64,000 nucleotides of DNA from an uncultured Clostridia bacterium (GTDB taxonomy: Bacteria > Bacillota > Clostridia > Christensenellales > Borkfalkiaceae), in assembly GCA_944327465.1 (NCBI GenBank), contig CALVHH010000008.1, positions 40-64,039 on the forward strand. The letters are read 5' to 3'. The notes beneath the pieces are model-generated. The model saw nothing but the letters and a program-made list of their open reading frames with translations, did not search any database and was not told the origin of the DNA. This document shows, piece by piece, positions 58,735 to 64,000 of the stretch; the stretch's first letter is position 1, and every line of letters begins with the position of its first letter. The translations under genes were made by a program, and so were the position numbers.

Positions 58735-60867
58735 ATGAAGACTGTTTTAGATAAGATAAACGAAAATTACGGCGAAGCCGACCGTCAGCTCCTGTTAAAG
58801 GCGTACCACTATGCCGAGGAGATGCACAAAAACCAGAAGCGCGCCTCGGGCGAGCCCTATTTCACTCACCCCTGCGCCGTTGCAGAAATACTCATCGACC
58901 TCGGCATGGACACGCCGTCCGTAGCCGCGGCGTTTCTGCATGACGTCATCGAAGATACGCCCGCCACCGCCGACGACATACGCAAAAATTTCGGCGATGA
59001 AATACTCACCCTCGTCGAAGGCGTCACCAAGCTCGATAAGATACGCTTTCAGACGCGCGAGGATGAGGACGCCGAAAATTTCAGAAAGATTTTCGTCGCC
59101 ATGGCAAACGACGTGCGCGTCATCATAATCAAGCTCGCCGACCGCCTGCACAACATGCGCTCTTTGAACTTCCTCTCGCAGGAGCGCCAGCAGCGCATAG
59201 CGCGCGAAACTTTGGATATCTTCACGCCCCTCGCCGGCAGACTGGGTATTTCGCAGATAAAGTGCGAACTCGAAGACTTGTGCTTAAAGTATCTCGACCC
59301 CGAAGCCTACGAATATCTCACCGCCAACATCCACCAGCGCCTGGAAGAGCGCCGCAACTTTGTCGACCTCGTCGTGGCGCAGCTGCAGGAGATGCTCAAG
59401 GAGGACAATATCAAGGGCGAAGTATTCGGCAGACCCAAGCATTTCTACTCGATATACCGCAAAATGAAGAACAAGGGGCTGTCCCTCGACCAGATATACG
59501 ACCTCACCGCGGTGCGCGTCATCGTCAATACCACCGAAGAGTGCTACGAAGTTCTGGGCAAGATACACAAGCGCTGGAAGCCCGTTCCGGGCAGGATAAA
59601 GGACTATATCGCCACGCCCAAGCGCAACATGTACCAGTCGCTGCACACCACCGTCGTCACCAACTTCGGTCAGTATTTCGAAATCCAGATACGCACCTTC
59701 GAAATGCACAAGATGGCAGAATACGGTATAGCCGCGCACTGGAAGTACAAGGAGCAGAAGTCGGGCGAAAATTCCTTCGACCAGCGCCTCAGCTGGATAC
59801 GCGACGTCATGGACTGGCAGGGTTCGGTCAACGACCCCAAGGAATTCGTCGACAGTTTAAAGACCGACCTGTACTCCAATGAACTTCTCGTGTTCACCCC
59901 CCACGGCAAGGTCATATCGCTGCCTCTCGAAGCCACGCCCGTCGACTTCGCCTACGCCATCCACTCCGAAGTGGGCAACAAGTGCGTGGGCGCCAAGGTC
60001 AACGGCAAGATAGTCACTTTAAATTCTACGCTCAAGACGGGCGACGTCGTCGAAATCCTCACCTCGCCCACCACCAAGGGTCCCTCGTGGGACTGGCTCA
60101 AATTCGTAAAATCGGGCTCCGCAAAGGCAAAGATCCGCCAGTTCTTCAAAAAGGAGATGAAGGAAGAAAACGCCAAGACGGGCAGGGCGATGCTCGAAGC
60201 CGAAGCCAAACGCAGGGGCTATTCGCTCAACGACCTTCTCACCGAAGAATCCTTCAAAAAACTTTCGAACAAGCTGGTGTTTGCCGACGTCGACGAAATG
60301 ATGGCGTCCGTCGGCTACGGCGCCGTTTCGGTAAACCAGATAATCTATAAGCTCATCGACTATTACAAAAAGGACATCCCCAAGCCGCTGGCGGCGCTCG
60401 AAGTTGAAAAACTCAACCACACCCCCGCGGGCTCGGTAAAGGTCAAGGGCATGACGGGGCTTCTGGTGCGCTTTGCCCACTGCTGCAACCCCGTTCCCGG
60501 CGACAAAATAGTCGGCTTCGTCTCACGCGGCAGGGGCGTAATAGTCCACCGCGCCGACTGCCCCAACTTAAAGGAGCTTGAACAGGACAGGATACAGCCC
60601 GCCGAATGGACGGGCGACACCGAAAAGGGCTTTATTGCGGGCATAAAGATACTCGCCACCGACGACTACGGCGTCACGGCGTTCATCACTTCTGAAATCG
60701 CCCAGCTGCAGCTCACCATGACTCAGATAAACGGCAGAGTGGGCAAGGACGGCAAGGGCTACTTCGATATCAACGTAAAGCTCAACAAGCGCTCCGACCT
60801 CGACCTGCTCATAAATCATTTAAAAAAGGATAAGCGCATAATAGACGTGTTCAGAACAAGCAATTAA
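58735..60867 (+). CDS. relA: Bifunctional (p)ppGpp synthetase/hydrolase Rel
   Basis: 710 aa from ATG 58735. HD hydrolase (HPCAVAEIL...FLHDVIEDT), synthetase (YRSLHTTV-like QSLHTTV, EIQIRT), and TGS and ACT regions. Confidence 0.9.
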   Translation: MKTVLDKINENYGEADRQLLLKAYHYAEEMHKNQKRASGEPYFTHPCAVAEILIDLGMDTPSVAAAFLHDVIEDTPATADDIRKNFGDEILTLVEGVTKLDKIRFQTREDEDAENFRKIFVAMANDVRVIIIKLADRLHNMRSLNFLSQERQQRIARETLDIFTPLAGRLGISQIKCELEDLCLKYLDPEAYEYLTANIHQRLEERRNFVDLVVAQLQEMLKEDNIKGEVFGRPKHFYSIYRKMKNKGLSLDQIYDLTAVRVIVNTTEECYEVLGKIHKRWKPVPGRIKDYIATPKRNMYQSLHTTVVTNFGQYFEIQIRTFEMHKMAEYGIAAHWKYKEQKSGENSFDQRLSWIRDVMDWQGSVNDPKEFVDSLKTDLYSNELLVFTPHGKVISLPLEATPVDFAYAIHSEVGNKCVGAKVNGKIVTLNSTLKTGDVVEILTSPTTKGPSWDWLKFVKSGSAKAKIRQFFKKEMKEENAKTGRAMLEAEAKRRGYSLNDLLTEESFKKLSNKLVFADVDEMMASVGYGAVSVNQIIYKLIDYYKKDIPKPLAALEVEKLNHTPAGSVKVKGMTGLLVRFAHCCNPVPGDKIVGFVSRGRGVIVHRADCPNLKELEQDRIQPAEWTGDTEKGFIAGIKILATDDYGVTAFITSEIAQLQLTMTQINGRVGKDGKGYFDINVKLNKRSDLDLLINHLKKDKRIIDVFRTSN

Positions 60868-60873
60868 TTTAAC

Positions 60874-60908
60874 GCAAGTTGTTTACTAGAGGACGTAAAC
60901 TAACTTGC
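60874..60908 (+). terminator. Hairpin after rel
   Basis: GCAAGTTGTTTAC-8 nt-GTAAACTAACTTGC (one bulge) followed by CGTTATTT. Confidence 0.55.
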
Positions 60909-61054
60909 CGTTATTTAAGGGCGCTGCCCTCGCGTGCGCAATCCTATTTCGCCCTACAGTTATATAATTGCGCCCGCTTCACCTGCTGAGGCGAAAGTTT
61001 TCGCAAATTGGGTCCGCTGGCGGGGAAATGAATTCCCCTTGCGACATGATTTAT

Positions 61055-61126
61055 GTGTCCCTTTTTGTCATATTGAGCGCAGTCGAACATATCTGGCGCA
61101 GTACCTGCGCCGACAAAAAGGGACAC
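61055..61126 (+). other. Nested long inverted repeat (structured element of unknown function)
   Basis: 15-bp perfect arms GTGTCCCTTTTTGTC (61055..61069) and GACAAAAAGGGACAC (61112..61126) enclose the hairpin GGCGCAG-TAC-CTGCGCC. Confidence 0.6.
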
Positions 61127-61152
61127 AAATAATATACATCTTTATTAATTCC

Positions 61153-61755
61153 ATGCAAATCTATAAAATCTATCCCGTCGGCTTTGCCGCAAACAGCTAC
61201 ATCCTCACCGCCGACGAAAGCACCTGCGTCGTCATCGACCCCGCCCAGCCCCGCATTTTGCAGGAGTGCCGCAAGCGGGGGCTGACTGCGCGGTACGCCC
61301 TGCTCACGCACTGCCACTACGACCACATAGGCGGCTGCGGGGCGCTGTTCAAAGAGGGCTGCAAAGTGCTGTGCTCCGCCGATGAGCGGCAGTACATCTT
61401 CAGCGAGGACAACCGCGCCATCTTCCACGGCATCGACATTCCTCACTTCGAAATTTATAAAACGCTCGCCGACGGCGAGCATATCGACCTCGCCGGCATC
61501 GGCATAGACTGCATATCCACGCCCGGTCACACCTGCGGCGGAATGTGCTATGCCGTCGGCGGCAATATATTTTCGGGCGACACGCTGTTTTATGAAAGCG
61601 TCGGCAGAACGGATTTTCCCACCGGCTCATACCCCGCCCTCGTAAGCTCGGTCAAAAAGCTCTATTCCCTCGGCGACGCCGCCGTCTGCCCCGGTCACGG
61701 CGAAGACACCACGCTCGCCCACGAGCGTTCATTCAATCCCTATGTTAAATACTAA
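61153..61755 (+). CDS. MBL-fold metallo-hydrolase
   Basis: 200 aa from ATG 61153. THCHYDHIGG zinc motif, PGHTCGG, and the C-terminal GHG. Confidence 0.8.
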   Translation: MQIYKIYPVGFAANSYILTADESTCVVIDPAQPRILQECRKRGLTARYALLTHCHYDHIGGCGALFKEGCKVLCSADERQYIFSEDNRAIFHGIDIPHFEIYKTLADGEHIDLAGIGIDCISTPGHTCGGMCYAVGGNIFSGDTLFYESVGRTDFPTGSYPALVSSVKKLYSLGDAAVCPGHGEDTTLAHERSFNPYVKY

Positions 61756-63112
61756 TACCTCGTGGCTTGCCCCCGAAATAATGGATGTGGTGCGTCTCTT
61801 CGACTTCGAGGACGCCGACTTCACCCATTATTTTTATTTTCAGGGCGAAAAGTATATCAACTGCATACAGTATATGGACGAGATATACGACTTTTGCGAA
61901 AGTTATCCCACCCAAGACGACGTGCAGTTCAAGCGCTACGCCAGGCGCTCGGCAAAGCTCGCCTTCTACGAGCTTTTGAATAAGGTGACGGGCATCTCCT
62001 TTCCCTACGGCGCCCTCACGGGCATCCGCCCCACAAAGCTCGCGTATATGGAGGAGGGCGAGGGCAGGGACTTTAAAGAGCTGTTCGCCCGCATGCACGT
62101 CGCCGCGGACAACATAGATTTCGTCGGCAGGGTCATGCGTGAGCAGCGCCCCTATTACGCCGCGGGCGGCGGGCAGGAGCTCTTCATCAGCCTGCCGTTC
62201 TGCCCCACAAAGTGCCGCTACTGTTCGTTCATAACTGCGCCCATATCCTCTACGGGGCAGTACGTCGACGACTATATAAGCTGCCTCGAACGCGAGCTCG
62301 CCTCGCTCGCGCCCATGCTCGGCAGGGTCAACTCGGTGTATATCGGCGGCGGCACGCCGTTTGCAATATCGGCGGCTCAGCTCAAAAGGGTGTATGCCGC
62401 TGTCGCCGCGCTGCGTCTACCCGACTGCGAATACACCGTCGAAGCGGGCAGACCCGACGTGTTCACCCGCGAAAAACTGCAGCTCTCAAGGGACTTCGGC
62501 GTCAATCGCATATGCGTCAATCCGCAGACCTTTTCCGATGTCACCTTGCAAAAGATAGGCAGAAAGCACACCACCGCGCAGACGTACGAAGCCTACCAAA
62601 CGGCAAAGGAGTACGGCTTTGACATAAACATCGACCTCATAGCCGGGCTGGAGGGAGAGGAGGTGGCTGACTTCGGGCACTCGCTCGAATGCGCCGCCGC
62701 GCTGTCCCCAGCAAACATAACCGTGCACACGTTGTCTTTAAAGGCGGGCGCTAAATTAAAGGAAGAGACCCGCCGCCTGCACATCGACGGCATAGGCGAA
62801 ATGATTTCCCTTTCGCGCCGCGTGCTTACCTCGGCGGGCTATTCGCCTTACTATATGTACCGCCAAAAGTATCAGGCGGGCGGGCACGAAAACTGCGGCT
62901 GGGCTCTCCCCGGCAAGGCTTGCGCCTACAACATAGGCGTCATGGAGGAGATATCCGATAACATCGCCGTCGGCGCCAACGCCATCTCCAAGCGCGTATT
63001 CGCGGGGCAAAATCGCATAGAGCGGTGCGCTTCGCCCAAGGATATACCCACATATATCGCCAAGTGCGACAAAATCATATCCGAAAGGTTAAAGCTGTTC
63101 GGGATCGAATGA
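61742..63112 (+). CDS. HemZ-like radical SAM coproporphyrinogen dehydrogenase family protein
   Basis: 456 aa. CxxxCxxC = CPTKCRYC. HemN/HemZ-like length and GGGTP motif (YIGGGTPF). Overlaps the MBL gene by 14 nt. Confidence 0.7.
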   Translation: MLNTNTSWLAPEIMDVVRLFDFEDADFTHYFYFQGEKYINCIQYMDEIYDFCESYPTQDDVQFKRYARRSAKLAFYELLNKVTGISFPYGALTGIRPTKLAYMEEGEGRDFKELFARMHVAADNIDFVGRVMREQRPYYAAGGGQELFISLPFCPTKCRYCSFITAPISSTGQYVDDYISCLERELASLAPMLGRVNSVYIGGGTPFAISAAQLKRVYAAVAALRLPDCEYTVEAGRPDVFTREKLQLSRDFGVNRICVNPQTFSDVTLQKIGRKHTTAQTYEAYQTAKEYGFDINIDLIAGLEGEEVADFGHSLECAAALSPANITVHTLSLKAGAKLKEETRRLHIDGIGEMISLSRRVLTSAGYSPYYMYRQKYQAGGHENCGWALPGKACAYNIGVMEEISDNIAVGANAISKRVFAGQNRIERCASPKDIPTYIAKCDKIISERLKLFGIE

Positions 63113-63121
63113 CGCATAATA

Positions 63122-63153
63122 CGGGCGCGGAGAGATCAAACTCTCCGCGCCCG
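63122..63153 (+). terminator. GC-rich hairpin, probable terminator
   Basis: CGGGCGCGGAGAG-6 nt-CTCTCCGCGCCCG. Weak T tract. Confidence 0.5.
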
Positions 63154-63291
63154 CTTGTCCCGTCCGTGTTTTTATGGAGCGAAAAATGTCGTTCGGGACA
63201 ATAATATTATAATTTGGCTATCGACTTTTGTCAACAAAAATCACTACTATAACACAGATATTGCGATGGTGATTTTTGTTAATATAGAGGC

Positions 63292-63540
63292 ATGTTACTC
63301 AACGAACTGATAGCCGAAAAACTTGAAAGCCTGCGCAAGGAGCGCAAGATGGGCGTCTACACGCTCTGCAACAGGGCGGCTGTATCCTACGAGACCTACC
63401 GCGGCATACGCATGAAAAAGAACAAGGATATATACCTTCGCACGCTGCTCATATTGCTGCGCACGCTGGGCGTCACCGCCGAAGAATTTTTTGCCGACCC
63501 GCGCTTTTCCGATGAGGAGCTGGATATCGATTTCAAGTGA
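63292..63540 (+). CDS. XRE (Cro/CI) family helix-turn-helix protein
   Basis: 82 aa. HTH pattern (LRKERKMGVYTLCNRAAVSYETYRGI) and the C-terminal LLRTLGVTAEEFF typical of the family. Confidence 0.7.
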   Translation: MLLNELIAEKLESLRKERKMGVYTLCNRAAVSYETYRGIRMKKNKDIYLRTLLILLRTLGVTAEEFFADPRFSDEELDIDFK

Positions 63541-63614
63541 CGCGCGCACCGGGCGCTTTTGGCGGTGGCATGCAAATTTTCACGCACAACGTCAACAAAA
63601 GTGCCCTCAAACAC

Positions 63615-63643
63615 TTGCAATTATATTGCCGGTATGCTAAAAT
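63615..63643 (+). promoter_or_regulatory. Promoter of rpsO
   Basis: TTGCAA, 17 nt, TGcTAAAAT. Confidence 0.6.
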
Positions 63644-63731
63644 GATACAGGTTACGGATACAAAGATTGCGCGAAGACTCAACGGCTATCTTTGTTCCCC
63701 GCAAATAACGTTCCATAGGAGGATAATTTAA

Positions 63732-63986
63732 ATGGACAAGCAGGAAATCATCGCAAAGTACGCCACAAAGGAAGGCGACACAGGTTCACCCGAAGTGCAG
63801 ATCGCACTTCTTACCGAGAGGATCAACCACCTCAACGAACACCTCAAGGAGCACATTCACGACAATCACAGCCGCCGCGGTCTTTTAAAGATGGTCGGCC
63901 GTCGTCGCGGTCTTTTGGACTATCTCAAGAGCAAGGATATCGAAAGATACCGTGCCATAGTCGCTGCTCTCAATTTAAGAAAGTAA
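63732..63986 (+). CDS. rpsO: 30S ribosomal protein S15
   Basis: 84 aa. [58 protein letters not shown]. Confidence 0.9.
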   Translation: MDKQEIIAKYATKEGDTGSPEVQIALLTERINHLNEHLKEHIHDNHSRRGLLKMVGRRRGLLDYLKSKDIERYRAIVAALNLRK

Positions 63987-64000
63987 TTTTGGAACGGACG

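Noticed and set aside
61009-61050. ZTP (pfl) riboswitch-like string GGGTCCGCTGGCGGGGAAATGAATTCCCC
   Set aside because: Only the 5-prime GGGTC..CTGGCG resemblance is present. I could not find the 3-prime CCGCCTGGGC pseudoknot partner, and the downstream genes are not purine or folate genes.

Overview
GC-rich chromosomal core region of a spore-forming Firmicute, Clostridia-like by gene content (spoIVFA/FB, a gerA-type germinant receptor operon, spoIIAA-spoIIAB-sigF). Most of the window is housekeeping. It contains pcrA-ligA and metK behind a SAM-I riboswitch. It also contains glpK, tilS-hpt and argH. A Bacillus-like syntenic block runs ruvCAB-queA-tgt-yajC-(secD/F-like)-recJ-rel, and rpsU and rpsO are also present. 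Two tRNA clusters are present: six tRNAs on the + strand and four on the - strand. The most system-like element is a six-cysteine SCIFF/ranthipeptide precursor (52 aa, missed by the ORF track) with its radical-SAM/SPASM maturase, sitting between yajC and the secD/F-like genes. This RiPP family is already described, so I do not claim a new system, but its physiological role is unknown. Secondary curiosities:
- a MalK/MsmX-like ABC ATPase with four degenerate catalytic motifs;
- an orphan carbamoyltransferase with altered substrate motifs;
- a TrxB-like flavoprotein lacking the NADPH motifs;
- a 4-TM protein fused to an integrase core-binding domain;
- an AT-rich islet with a broken PD-(D/E)XK gene next to the tRNA cluster;
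- a palindromic dispersed repeat family;
- four genes with a -10 box exactly 6 nt upstream of the ATG (leaderless geometry);
- a structured 244-bp gap where dtd normally sits.
All calls come from reading the sequence and translations by eye. No searches or folding programs were run.
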